This document shows positions 12,276 through 25,892 of a stretch of 64,000 bases of DNA, piece by piece. The stretch is from the human T2T-CHM13v2.0 reference genome, Homo sapiens. Made by a program: the position numbers and the translations under genes. Position 1 is the first letter of the stretch. Each line of letters opens with the position of its first letter. The notes beneath the pieces were generated by a model, which was given only the letters and a program-made list of their open reading frames with translations, was not told where the DNA came from and searched no databases. The DNA lies in NCBI RefSeq assembly GCF_009914755.1, contig NC_060937.1; one strand, written 5' to 3'.

Positions 12276-13297
12276 TACGCTCACTTTCATCCCCTTTTCC
12301 AAATACATAATAATTTATATAGTTCTACTGGATAATTCAATATAGTTCTGTGCTTTGGCAAGGCAAAAATACTAGTTTTTACTGTTTAAACAATATTTAA
12401 AAACTTAAAAAGTCAATTCATTGACGCCAGAGTTTAACATCCAGACACTAGTTTTATACAATTTATGTTGCTCTTCATAAAAGGAAATTCATGTGAATTA
12501 AGAGTCTGCCATAATTACCTAGGTTATACCTTCTAGTCTTTTTTTTTACTTTTGGTGTTAATTTTATGTGCCATTCATGGTAGACTTTTCAGATCATCCA
12601 GAATCTAGGAAAAGTTTTTTCCAGACTCAAATTATTTACTTCAGCTAAAGAGAGGCATAGCATTACAGTAGTCAGAATTGAAATAGCATACACATAAGAT
12701 GTATAATAGTCAGAATAGTAGAATCTATCCATCCATCTCTACAATCTATATCTGTATCTTCTATCTATAGATATAAATTATATCAATTTTTAAGTTACAC
12801 ATACATACAGAGCATGTAATAATGTAAGCAGATGAGTTAAAGCAGGAAGATACTTATATGGCCATTTAGGTGGTGAGCAGGTAGGTAAATTAATTTTTTG
12901 ATGGATATAGAAAAGCAGAAAATTAGATCAACTCTTTTGAAGGCTAAAATAGAATGTTGCGAGTGACTAAAAACACTCAAATCTGTTAGTTCTATCAAGT
13001 TAAAATTGAAAAGTTGATTGAATCCTTGCATTAAAATGACCTATGTTTGATTTTTCTCTTTTGGAGATACAGCCTTTGATAAATGAAAGTTTAAGACATC
13101 AATAGTGTTAAGAAGTAGGACAAAGGGTTCTGTGAACACTCAAAAGTACAAGATTGAGTTATGCCAGCAAATGTCATTTGGTCAGATAGCTCTTGCTTTC
13201 TTCACAAGATAAAGACGTTCAGTTAGTCCTGAAACCAAACTGTACACATTCGGGTCACACTGAGTGATTGCAGTACCACCAAGAGAAAGCAAGCTGA

Positions 13298-13747
<450 letters not shown>

Positions 13748-16089
13748 ACTTATTTGAATTCTTAGCCACTCTAATAAGTCTAACCAGATTATTTTTTCTC
13801 TCTCAGATGATTGAAGCCAGACAATCTGCATGGGAATAACGTGGGTGCTCATTTAAAAGGTCCATTAATGGACCCCACCAAAATCTCACTGTATCCAAAT
13901 TTCTCTCTTCTAAATAAATTTATCTACTTGTAAATAAATATTGCGAGTAATATGTGTACGATCCCTTAAAGAATCACTGAACTAAACTATAAAAGTTATT
14001 GAGAAATCTCCTATGTTTACATTAACAGATAAATGAAATGTATGACTGAAGATCTTGGAAATAATCTAAGATATTTTGAGTTACTTTGCCCATCATAACA
14101 TTCCTCAGATTCCTCACTATAATTTAAATAAGTTTCAAAGGTTCTTTTTACATGGTGTTACTTGTACTGTATCTGGAGTTCTTGCAATCTCTATCAAATC
14201 TTCTTGGTCCAGGAATGGGTGCCTGACCCAAAGAGAGTGGACTATATCTGTCCAATGGCCTAAGAACTGGCCCTAAGATCTTATAGTCCTTTAGAAATAT
14301 TGCATGCTAGATGTCTAAGTTGTGAAAGTGGATCCTCATTCAAGGCATTCAAACTCAAGATATGGAATGCCAATTAGCAGGAAATGTCAGAGCAAAAGAA
14401 GAACACACAGAGAAAAAATGGTGCAACACTGGAATCATGTAGCTCAGACATCTATGCATAAATCTCTTCAATCACTGGGGCAGCTGTTGAGTCATAAAGA
14501 ATTTTGTTATATTCCCATTAACTTTGAGAATATTGACATAACTGCTAATATAGATGCTTGCATTTTTGATACCAGCTTTCATCCAGATTATATTTTGTCC
14601 CTTTAAAATTGAGTCTAAATTACACTGGTAAGCATATAAGGAAGACATGGAAAAAATTTATTTTAACCTAAACAATAACAATTTTTACATAAATAATTCA
14701 TATTGTTAAGGGTACATTTTAATTGCTAATGCAGATAATTATTTACTGTTTGTTATGATATTGTAATATATGCTAAAGAAATGAGAAGTTATATTTAATA
14801 ACTTTTCAGTCATTCTCTACTCTAATTGTCTTTATGTGAATATGCATTTTGTGGAATGTGTACCATCCATGGGAAACACCTGCAGTACTTGGAATTTCTC
14901 ATGAGTTTTGGTGAGTGACAGTCCAAACTTCATGAGATTAACACCAATATGTTGGAAATTTAATAATCAGAGAATACCAGAATCTTCACCTGACTACCTG
15001 GCCCTGGAAGCAGTACACATAATCATCTTTTTTTTTTGCTTCAGGTATTTGCAACCACCTTACTCTGTATTGATTTATTTGGCAGAATTATTAATCATTT
15101 CATCATCCTACAGAACATCGGACTGGCAAAAACTTAAGTATAGAAAAAAAATCAGGTACTACGTATAATATGGCTTAATAGGATCTATGAATGATACAGT
15201 GCAAGAAATAAATCTCAAAGGAAAATAGGAACCTGTTTATTTAACAAAACTACTGAAGTTCTGGTAGTCTATGGCTTTAGTTCTCTCCCTTTCAGAATGA
15301 AATTCACATTGCTTCCTTTTTGCATGCTACACTAAAGAAAGGGGGCACTCATTTGTGGATTTATTGAAATTTTATAAAGCACGTGTCTAACGTGTATAAC
15401 TCTGACACATTTACCAGGTGACACAGGATAGATGAAACTCTTGCAACTGTCCAAGCTATTATCCAAGAATTTCTGTCAGTTGGACTTTATGAACCAGAGA
15501 AATCATTTGTTCTGTCTGCATTTGTGAAATATAATGTTATATGCAATCTGTTCCAAACCACGAAAGAAAATCACTATAAACATCAGTAGGATTTTGAAAT
15601 AAATCCTTGCTTTTTGGTAAGTAGTTTGTGAGAAACAACTCTTGACTTGCTAATGGGCTCTAATATACCCTGAATGTCTGGATATGAGCATAATAGTCAA
15701 TCCAAAGTGCCCATTAAAAACTCTAAAATACCTCTTCAACTTTGTTATATCTGCTGTGCCCAGAGTAACTTATTCCATTAATAAATGTAGGTATCACTAA
15801 TGTGACTTGGCTTGAGGAGGTTCTGAATGCATTGTAATTTACATAAGAAAGCTTCAACTTCTAGGCATGCCATCACTTGGCTGCATTGCCAGCTCTCCCA
15901 CATTCACACTCATGACATCATCAGAATTCCCAAATGACCTGTTGACTGACAAGAAATACATTTGATCCTGTTAAATACTGGTGCTACAAAGTATGGTAGT
16001 TATTAACTGGAAATAGACAGTTGTGATGGTAATTCTTATATTTCAACTAATTTATTTTTCCTCCCTCTCCCTTTAAAATATGCATCATT

Positions 16090-16500
16090 TTAAGTTTTCC
16101 AAAGCAGATGCTGTTACAGAATTAGAAATTTTCAAGATTTATTAGGGAAAATTCTGAAAAGAATGAAGTGGGAGACAGCAACAGTAGGCAGGGAGAGCAT
16201 TCACATTGTAATACAGGTCTGACAGCTGTGAAAGTGAGAGGAGAAACTGTCTAGGAAGAACTTCAGAGTGCAGATCAGCCAAAACTGTGTGGTTTCTTGA
16301 GACAAGTTTTCCTGTAGGAGGAGTTCCCTGTTAAGCAGAAATGGTCTGAACCTAGTACTCCCACCATGTTCAGGATGTGAACCATGTTCATGTGTGAATG
16401 TGTTGCTGGAACCAAAGCAGTTAGGTTTGTCCGTCAACACTCCTCACTGCAGTAGGTTCCACTGAAGGAGATCTGCACTGCACACTCCCATAAGCACCAT
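16090..16500 (-). mobile_element. ERVL LTR16B-like LTR
   Basis: agtaggcagggagagc..caggtctgacagctgtgaaag..gcagaaatgg..ctagtactcccaccatg..ggagatctg resembles the reverse LTR16B consensus. Confidence 0.7.
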
Positions 16501-17164
16501 ACGTAAGCTCCTTTCAGAAGGGTGAAGTTGGTTACTAATGCGAGCCAACATGGCTTGCCTGCTTTAAACTTCAGTGTTTTTAAGCACATTATCCAAGATC
16601 TTCTCTTCACAAGTATCAGTACATCACTCTTTTCTTATCTGAGTTGTGGCCATAGAGTAGGTACTTGTCAAGGCTGTAACTAATTTTCTTTGTAACACTA
16701 TTAACTCTCACCATTAGATAACCTCTGCAATTTTCAGCATTTTGTGTTCTTTTTGGACAAAATTAAGAGATCTTCAAATGCTGCCATGATGACATTCTGA
16801 CTTTCATATTCTGCCCTGAGCTGATAGTTGGCTACCCTGTTATGTTTACTTTCTAGGTTTCTATAATTTACAGTAGTAAACTTACTCCACAATACTTCAT
16901 TGTCCCTCATATCTCTCAATTGTTAGAACTATTGCATAAGTCAGTGAATCCTAATTTAGCTGGAGCTTATCCCTATTAATTACAAGTAGGAGTCTCCACA
17001 ATTGTGAAGATGCATCATGTGGAGTTATCAATATTCCAAATTTCTACCAGCAATTATTTACTACTTTATCAGTTGTTTTGTTGATAAGTTATCTAATTCC
17101 AGAATATTTTACAGAATCCTTGTCTACATTTTTAGATTGCCTCTGATACCAAATAGACCATCCC

Positions 17165-17610
17165 TTTTTGTTTAGATTCCCACAGAAACAGGACCTGAGA
17201 CAAAAATTCAATTGCAAGTGGGTTATTTGGGAAGTGATGCCAGGAAATACTGGTAGGAGTGGAAAAGTGAAAGAAGAGAGATGTGTGCATTATCAAGCTA
17301 GTTACCCATATGGGCAACTAGAGCTTGATATTCCTAGAGAGTTAGGGGGCAATGTAGAATAAGGGCTTTCTAGTTATTCCACCATAGAAGTGAGGAAGCT
17401 GTGGTATTATTTACCAACTCTCTGTCTATAATTGTTTATTTGTAGGCACTACCATTGTCTATACCACTTCAGCATTTTTGCCACTCATGTGCTTAAAAAA
17501 AAATAGTTCTGTGACCAGAAAAACTACTTCAGGAAAAACATTACAAGAGTTCATATCATAAAGCTTCTGGTGTGCAAAAGTGAACGCTGATAAAAACGTG
17601 CTGAGTACCA
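17165..17610 (-). mobile_element. ERVL LTR33-like LTR
   Basis: cctgagacaa..tgcaagtgggttatttgggaagtgatgccaggaa..ttatcaagc..tgggcaactagagc resembles the reverse LTR33 consensus. Confidence 0.7.
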
Positions 17611-17699
17611 ATAGAATTGTCAACAGATTATGATAAAACAAATTTTAAAGTAATGTCTGTAATACAGAAAAGAGAGGCAAAATAGCAAAAACTGAAATG

Positions 17700-18025
17700 C
17701 TGCATGCTTCATCTATTCCAAACCTTGGAAACATTATCCTAAATAAAATAAGCCAGACACAAAGGATAAATATCATATGATTCTGTTTACATGAAATACC
17801 TAGAATAGGCAAATTCATAGAAGCAGAATGTAGATTTGAAGGTACCAGAGGAAGGAATTGGGAGTAATTGCTTAAGGGGTAGAAAGTTTCTACTTTAGAT
17901 TATTAAAAAAGCTGAAATAGATAGTGGTGATGGAAACACAATATTGTGGACTTATTTAATGGCACTAAATTATACACACAGAAAGGCTAAGCTAGCATTT
18001 TTTAATGTTGTATATATTATAAGAA
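17700..18025 (+). mobile_element. L1MB 3' end
   Basis: taagccagacacaaaggataaatatcatatgattc..tagaataggcaaattcataga..atagatagtggtgatgg. Confidence 0.85.
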
Positions 18026-18039
18026 AAAGTCAATATAAA

Positions 18040-18310
<271 letters not shown>

Positions 18311-18539
18311 AAAAAATGATAAAGGTCATCAGTACAATTCAAAGGACAGGAAAACACAAATGGCAAAGATATTTATAAAAACGTCAAAGTTGTTAGCACC
18401 CAGGACATTTCAATTTCTAAAAAAAAAATAATATATGTAAAAATAAGTATAACCTTACTTGGTAAAATTTAATTAACATAAAATTTAAGAATATTTCATG
18501 TACTTAAAATATTAACATTTAAAAAGTCATAGAGTACAT

Positions 18540-19200
18540 GTTGTGAATGAGGAAAAACAATTGGGATTTTCAATATTTTGGGTGGTTATAAAATAATAGT
18601 GTGACATTTTATAAAAAGAAATAGACATCTCTAATAAAGGAAAACCTCAAATCTCATTTCCAAGTTTATATACAAGAAACTTATGCAAAGAGATATGCAA
18701 GGAGAAACTTGGAACCATACTCTTTGCAAATTTGTTTATGATAGTGCAGACTGAAAACAACCTAAATATACGATAATATGGGACTGAATATTTTATTTTT
18801 GGTTCATTCAAACCATGGAATTGTTTAAATATGTTGAAGTGCATAAGCTTTGTGAATAAACCTCAGGAATATCATTAAGTAAAAATAGCTAGAATGATGA
18901 AAATCATATTACAGTTCTGGGAAAAATTAAATATTTTGAAAAATCTTGTAATATAATTGATAAATAGGGTTATATATGTCAAATTTTTAAAAAAAATGAC
19001 CAAAAATTAATTCTGACTTCAAAATAGAAATACAAAGGTTCAAAGGGGCTCCTTTATACTGCAAATGTTCATTTTTAAAATAAAGAATTTAAAACAAATA
19101 GGATTACATATTAACATTCATTTAATAATGATGTTGGTTAATGCATGTTCATTATACTTTAAAGTTACTTTTTTCTGAATGCTTGTCTTTTTTATAAAAT
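18540..19200 (+). mobile_element. Very old L1ME 3' relic
   Basis: aaatctcatttccaagtttatatacaagaaac..ttgtttatgatagtg..aaacaacctaaatat; highly diverged. Confidence 0.5.
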
Positions 19201-19664
19201 AGATCATTACATTAATTATAGCCTGTACTTTTAATCAGAATTAATAACCCCCCTTTTCAATGAGTTTATTATTACTTCAATTGCATTGCCTGTACATAAT
19301 TTTAACTTTTCTGTTTCATTATCTTTTAATTAATAACTAACATATGGGGTTGTAAAATTATCATCTCAAAGTCTTTCAACATAATTTAAACAGATTTTTT
19401 ACCTCAAACCCTGTATATTTGTTTTTACTTTCATCTTATGTATCTTATTAGTTTGTTAATATTTTTTCCACATTTCTTCTGTTAATGAAACTGTCTTTTA
19501 TTTACCTGTGATAGGCAAAGAAGACGTGCATGTCTTCATGTCTTCTTGAGATTTGTGCCATTTGTAGGGCTCAGAAATTGTCACTGCTTCTGACAGCATG
19601 ATGAGAGAGACATATGCTATATAATCTGTGCCTAACATGGGTATGTTTCTAATACTTGTGGTAC

Positions 19665-19932
<268 letters not shown>

Positions 19933-20039
19933 TGATACTTTCAAAATTTGTTTCAGTTAACAAGGAATACATTCTGATTTAATTTACAATATTGTTTATG
20001 ATTAATGTTTAAGGATTTTTATCTCAACTATGAATAAGT

Positions 20040-21930
20040 AAAAGTGTCCACTTCTGTAGTTGACCCTTAAGCTGGTATTCATCTTTATCATCTCTTTCCC
20101 ACACCATTCACTGTAGATTTTGCTTATTCTCACACAGCCATTTATGTAAATTAATTCACCTACAAGGTTGGATAATACAGCCCTTTGCCCTTGTTTCCAA
20201 TGGTCCCTTCAATGGCCCCATAACTTTTAACATTCAAATAGAAGTGTCAAGAGACACCCTAGAGAATAACAGGTTTCAAACATACTCCTCCCTATGTACA
20301 TTGTTATCATGAGTGCGAACTCCCCATAATTACCAGGCCTGACTCCTCCCATTGGTAAATAACTCTTTTTTATCCCTCCTTGAGCAGCAGCCTGAGGAGT
20401 CCATGTGGCAGTTATTGCTTCACCACATTCTGCCCCCACTGGAAGTACCACTGACTTCCTCAGGAATCAGGCTTTCCAACTCACCAGAGTATAAAACTGT
20501 GAAAATATAAAACATAGTTGCAATACTGCTAAGAAAAGCCATTTGTACTTTCTTCCACCCCTTCGTTTTAGACTTACGTATTTAACTCTGTGGGACACAA
20601 CACCATGAAGTGGCCACTGATTTAATGCAGAATGCTGCCTCTGAGGTGATGCCTTAGCTGAGCAATCCATAGGCCATTCCAATAATCTATCAGAACAGCT
20701 CCTTCCAGTCATAGAGTATTTAATACTTTAAGTGATCTTTCACTCACTAAGCACTTAATTGGCTGTGAAAAAATATTACTCTGAGGCAATACATGTAGGG
20801 TCCCATGTTATGAATTATTCATTAGATTAGTAGGGGTTGTGTTAGAAAAATGCAAAACTCTCAGATATTGATACTGGCAAGGAACATATTAGGGAAATAA
20901 ACTCATATCCAGATTATGCATAATTTCTGATAAGAATAAATAACTCATCCCTCCAGGGTAGAAGGTATTGATTGTAATCAATGTACCAGTGAGTGACAGG
21001 CATATCATCTTGAGATCTGTGCCATTTGTAGGGTTGAGAATTGGTCACAGCTCCTGACAGGATGATGAGAGGAATATGCTATGTGATCTGTGCCTAACAT
21101 CTCTCAACATTAGCATTACTGCACTCTTCACGAGCCTGGAAGATAAGTCTAAAGTGGCAGAGGATAGAAACTAGTTGACATCATTGGCTATGTTCCTAAC
21201 AAGTGTTGAGTGCCTCCTCTGGCGCAGGTACTTTCTGGGATCCATTGATGTGAGACACAAAGTTTCACACATTTTGTGCTCACTTCCATGTGTCCATCCA
21301 CAAGCCTCTTCCCCAGACTTCAATATATCTGATTTTCTAATGCTCTTTTCACGGCTCTTATCAACAAGCCAAGCCATTTAATCCTTTACAGCAGTCTGCA
21401 TATCTGGGCCAGATTTCTTGGGTCACTTTACACCTTTACACTCTTATCAAGTGGACAACAAAGAGTAATGCTTGTAAAATTACTTGCTGAGAGGATTCAC
21501 TTCATTAATGTATTTCAGAACCACATCCTCTGACTTGTGCAATATTACAATTGCAGTCTATTTTCATCTCATTCCAACATATCAAGTTGACCCATATGTA
21601 AACTAGGACCAATTATATTTCCTCTTCTATGAGATGATTTTAAGAAAGTTTCCCTCACCCATAAGGTTATAGACATGAGCTGAGAGAAATGGTCAATGCA
21701 AAAATAGGCAATGCATGCAGGGTCCCATGTTATGAATTATTCATTAGGTTACTAAGGATTGTGTTAGAAAAGTGCAATGTGCCTTCTTAACCCTGATAGC
21801 AAATTGTCATTTAAGTTATTTGATAGATAGCTACTGCGCCTGATATGTTTAGCAGATTTAATAATGCTAAGGGGTAGTTCCAGTCACATCATCACTTAAT
21901 TTCTGTAGGTACTCAATTGCTGTTAGTATC
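20040..21930 (-). mobile_element. ERVL internal pol remnant (RNase H, integrase, dUTPase-like)
   Basis: The minus strand near 21200-21380 reads NGLA..KIRYIEVWGRGLWMD..FVSHIN..EEALN (ERVL RNase H). ALNQWPLHGVVS near 20600 is integrase-like. GGVRPGNYGE near 20330 resembles the dUTPase GVIDPDYQGE motif. Many stops. Confidence 0.85.
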
Positions 21931-21931
21931 A

Positions 21932-22590
21932 TGTAGTTAATAGAATTCTAAGATAACCTCCCAGATTCTTGTCTCCAACCCTGTACACACCCTGTACATC
22001 TTCTCCCCTTGATTGTAGGAATTCCCTGTGAAAATGATGGAATTTCATTTCTGTGAAAAGGCAACATTATATGGAAAGGTGAAAGGATTTTGCATATGCA
22101 ATTAAAGTCCCAAATCAGTTTATTTTTAGTGAATTGTAAGGAAGACTATTCTGGGTGGGTAAGAATCAGTTTGGTGCAAGATGTTAAAAGAGGGGCTGAG
22201 ATCATTGCTGATCTGAGAATGGTTATCCTGCTGGCTTTAAAGAGAAGTTTCTATATTGTGAGGGGGATAGATGGATAGGAATTTAAAATGTCCTCCAGGC
22301 ATTGTGAACAACCTCCATGGATGGCCAGTTAAGAAAATGGAGACCTCAGTTCTACAATCGAAAGAACTAAATTATACCAACAGCCTAATGAGCTCACAAG
22401 AGGGCTATGAACTCCACATAACAATGCAGCCTGGCTAACACCTTAATTTCTACTTTGTGAGACCCTGACCAGAGAATCTAATGGTAGTTTGTCTAGACTT
22501 CTGACCTACAAAAATTGAAGCAATAAATAGGCATTGCTTTATCCTGAAAATTTGGAGAAAGTGTGTCTTGCAGCATGTAAAACTAATATA
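21932..22590 (+). mobile_element. MLT1E-family solo LTR
   Basis: tgtagt..agaattctaagat start, ggattttgcatatgcaattaaagtcccaaatcagtt body and aactaatata end. TSD tatca/gatca. Confidence 0.88.
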
Positions 22591-22779
22591 GATCATTGGC
22601 ACACTAGAAGCTTATTTTCTAATATCACGGAGTCTGTTCACTACTGAAGCAGATATTGCCCAGGGGATGAAGTTTTCACTTAAAAAATTCTCATTATCAC
22701 ATCTTCTCACTGTCACATTGCTTTTGCCCAATTCTCTATCATCTTCCTTCCTTCCTTTTGTTCTATATTACTCTTACAC

Positions 22780-24400
22780 TTTACTTTGTATTTCATTTTC
22801 CCTTGTTTGAGATAAACTTTTTGATTTATCTTTCAGCTCACTAGTTGTATTGTTTCTCAATTCATATATCTGAAGCTACTTACCAGATACCAGAGATTAC
22901 ATGGATGTGAGACTTTTATTTAAAGTGAATCACGTGGTGTAGCAATAGAAAGAGAATGAAGGCAAGCATTGGAGATCCAACTGGTAACTGCAGCGTAAGC
23001 CTTCACTTGGGCCAGTCTTACAAGCTGCACTGTATTGAGACTAGCTTGAATGATCAAGATTTATGTAAAGAATCTTGGATTTGAGAGAACACATCTAAAA
23101 AGCTCTCTGGTTCACTCCGTGGTCAAACAGGCTTATTAAACTGAATAGGGTAATTACAAAGCAACAGTAAAGAGACTAACTAGGTGTCACAAGAAAAATT
23201 TCAGACATTGAAAAGTATACCATAAATGCCACTGCCCTTATCTTAGCCAAGAATAAAACCAACAAACCAAAAATCAAAGAAAGGTATCTAGGTATCCCCA
23301 GAGAAAGAGATAGAGCTTTTGTCAGCCAGCCTGAAATTAGTTCTGCTTCTATATTAATCCTCCCACCTAACAGATTACTCTGCTCAGTCTTCTACTAAAC
23401 TCATCTCATAGTTGTATTTTGCACTACTTACTATTGATATTTTTAACTGCAAATTTTTTGTCAAAACTTTCCAAATTATTTACCTTTTGGTATGTCTTCT
23501 CTATTATCTTGAACATATTAGTAACAGTAATTTAAAATTCTTTCAATTCTCAACAATCCAATTTCCTGCAGATGTGCTTTAATTAACTATTGTTGCTCTT
23601 CAGTTTTGGACAGTAGAATATATCCTTTAGCATGGCTCATAATTTTTTATTGCATAATTGGCAGTGAAGATGAAAAATTGTGTAGAATTGGGAAAGTGAT
23701 GTTTCCAAAAAAGGCACTTTATGTTTTAAAGCAGATACCAGCCTATCTTCCCAATTTTGTACAAAGTGGGCATTTGGGTTCGTAAGATCTGTTATTATTT
23801 TATTCTCATTATTTTTCCTTTTGCTTTATTTTTTCTTTACATTTGTAATCATACATCTTTCAAACTCTTGGTCAGCAAACTACTGTAGGTCAATTTTTTT
23901 TTCCTCCTGCTTCTGATGCCTTTGTTACTTTTATACAAATGTTAGGCACTGAGTTTAGAAACATGACAGGAAATTTTGAGGGACTTAATGATGTTAATTT
24001 ACTCTAGTAATACACTTTTGCTTTAAGAAAATTGTTGTTGTAAAGGTGTTGTATCCACCTGAATCTGTGATTAATCTCACTGTGAAGACTGGATATTTCA
24101 AGTATAACTTTTACAAGATTACTCCTGCTGAGGCCCAAATGAAAGCCGAAAATGCTAGTTAGGTCTCTTGTTTCTTACTGGAGATTGAAGTCCAACTTTT
24201 TCACCCTTGCCAGCCTCATGTGAATACCGAGAGCTATGCTGTCTATTTCAGCAACTCTCATGCTATTGTCAAATAGTCACACATTTGTTGGGGAAAAAAG
24301 ACAAAAAAAAAATGTGCCCACTTCTTTAAGCTTCTCTTATTTATTTGCTTTTACCTTCATCATAAACCCTTACTGCTTCCTTTGATTACCAATCTCTTTA
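22780..24400 (-). mobile_element. Fragmented ancient L1M/HAL1-like ORF1 and 5' relics
   Basis: ttatctttcagctcacta, ttatcttgaacatattagtaacagtaatttaaaattc and tttagcatggctcataattttttattg; patchy. Confidence 0.45.
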
Positions 24401-24554
24401 TACAAATTTAAAATTATTTTGTATACATATTCTATTTACCTTGAATGAGTGCTGGTGTAAAACAAACTATACTTTCATTTATAATTCATTTCATTTAAAA
24501 AAATGAATAGACTATTAATGACCTTCAAGAAAATGTTATCTATTATACATGTAC

Positions 24555-25124
24555 TTAAAAGCCCAAAAAACAGAAAAAAAAAAGAAAATGAGCAGAAAAA
24601 CATTTGAAAATATAGTGGCCAAAAATTTCCAAAATATGTTGTAAAATATAAACTTACGAATTAAATGAATACACAGAAAACTCCTAAAGCCCTCCAAATG
24701 ACTGAACATAAAACATGAAAAAGGCATTTTAGGAGCAGTCAAATTTTTTAAATGACATTTTACATAGAAGATAAAAACAACAAAAATTATGGTTGACTTC
24801 TCATTAGAAACAGTGGAGGTTGGAAGAAAATGAAATAATATATTTTTTTAACTCTATAAAGTAATAAAATACATTACCCACACATAATTTCATGTCAACA
24901 TAAAATCCCTTTAGATAATCAATATAAAATAATGTCAATTTTATTAATTAAATTTGAGATAATTTACTAACTGTAAACCTATACTATTGGACATAATAAA
25001 GGAAAATTATCATGCTGAAGGGAATCAACATAAACGAAAACTTGAATTGACCGGAGAAAAAGAACATATTAAGTAGTAATATGTCAGTATATATAAAAGA
25101 TATACAGATAGAAAGATAGGTAGG

Positions 25125-25169
<45 letters not shown>

Positions 25170-25260
25170 GATAGATAGATGCATAGATAGATAGGTGATA
25201 GATAGATAGATAATCTTTCTGTTAGTTCAAAATCAAGACATAAATTAAAAACATACATCA
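24555..25260 (+). mobile_element. Ancient L1M ORF1 remnant (outer layer of the L1 stack)
   Basis: gcagaaaaacatttgaaaatatagtggccaaaaatttccaaaa and gacttctcattagaaacagtggagg. Confidence 0.75.
25106..25212. repeat. (TAGA)n tetranucleotide STR
   Basis: 11 perfect TAGA units at 25125-25168 plus interrupted flanking units. Confidence 0.97.
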
Positions 25261-25261
25261 T

Positions 25262-25892
25262 TGACTTCTGGTTCCAAAATGGTAGCAGAGAAGCAGGTTG
25301 GCTTCAGTCCCTCCCACAGAAAACCAAAGGCAAATATACATCACAGACACTATCACCAGTAATATTTCAGAAGCCAAATATGGTTCCTGGGGCTACAGAG
25401 AAGTTAAAAACCAACCAACCAAACTAACAAACAAAGAAAACAAAACAAAACTCTGAGCAGATGGTAAGAGAGAACGAAACTTCCAGATTTGCAATGATGC
25501 TTCCCTGACTCTTCTTTACACAAAGTGTGCAAAAATTTTCCATCAATTTATGGTTTCTACGTGAATAAAACAAACAAAAATACTAATAGGCAAAAATATT
25601 TGAAGGTATAAAACACATTGGTAAAATTAAGTACATGGACAAACCCAGAATAGTCTAATACCATAATTATGATGTGCAATCCATTTATAACTGTAGTATG
25701 AAGTTCAAAAGACAAATCTATTACAAATAATAATATTTAATATTAACCTATTCAGAGATAGACAATATAAAATATGTAAATTGAGGCAAAATAAAGTCAA
25801 AATGTGAGGGGAATGAAGATAATGTTTAGAGGGTATTTTTATTGTTTTTGTATTCTTATCTGTGTTATCTCAGAAAAGATGTCATCTCTTTA
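25262..25892 (+). mobile_element. L1MA 5' end fused directly to inter-ORF sequence (ORF1 deleted)
   Basis: gacttctggttccaaaatgg is an L1 5' start. By about 25590 the sequence is already gaaggtataaaacacattggtaa (ORF1 end/inter-ORF). Confidence 0.7.
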
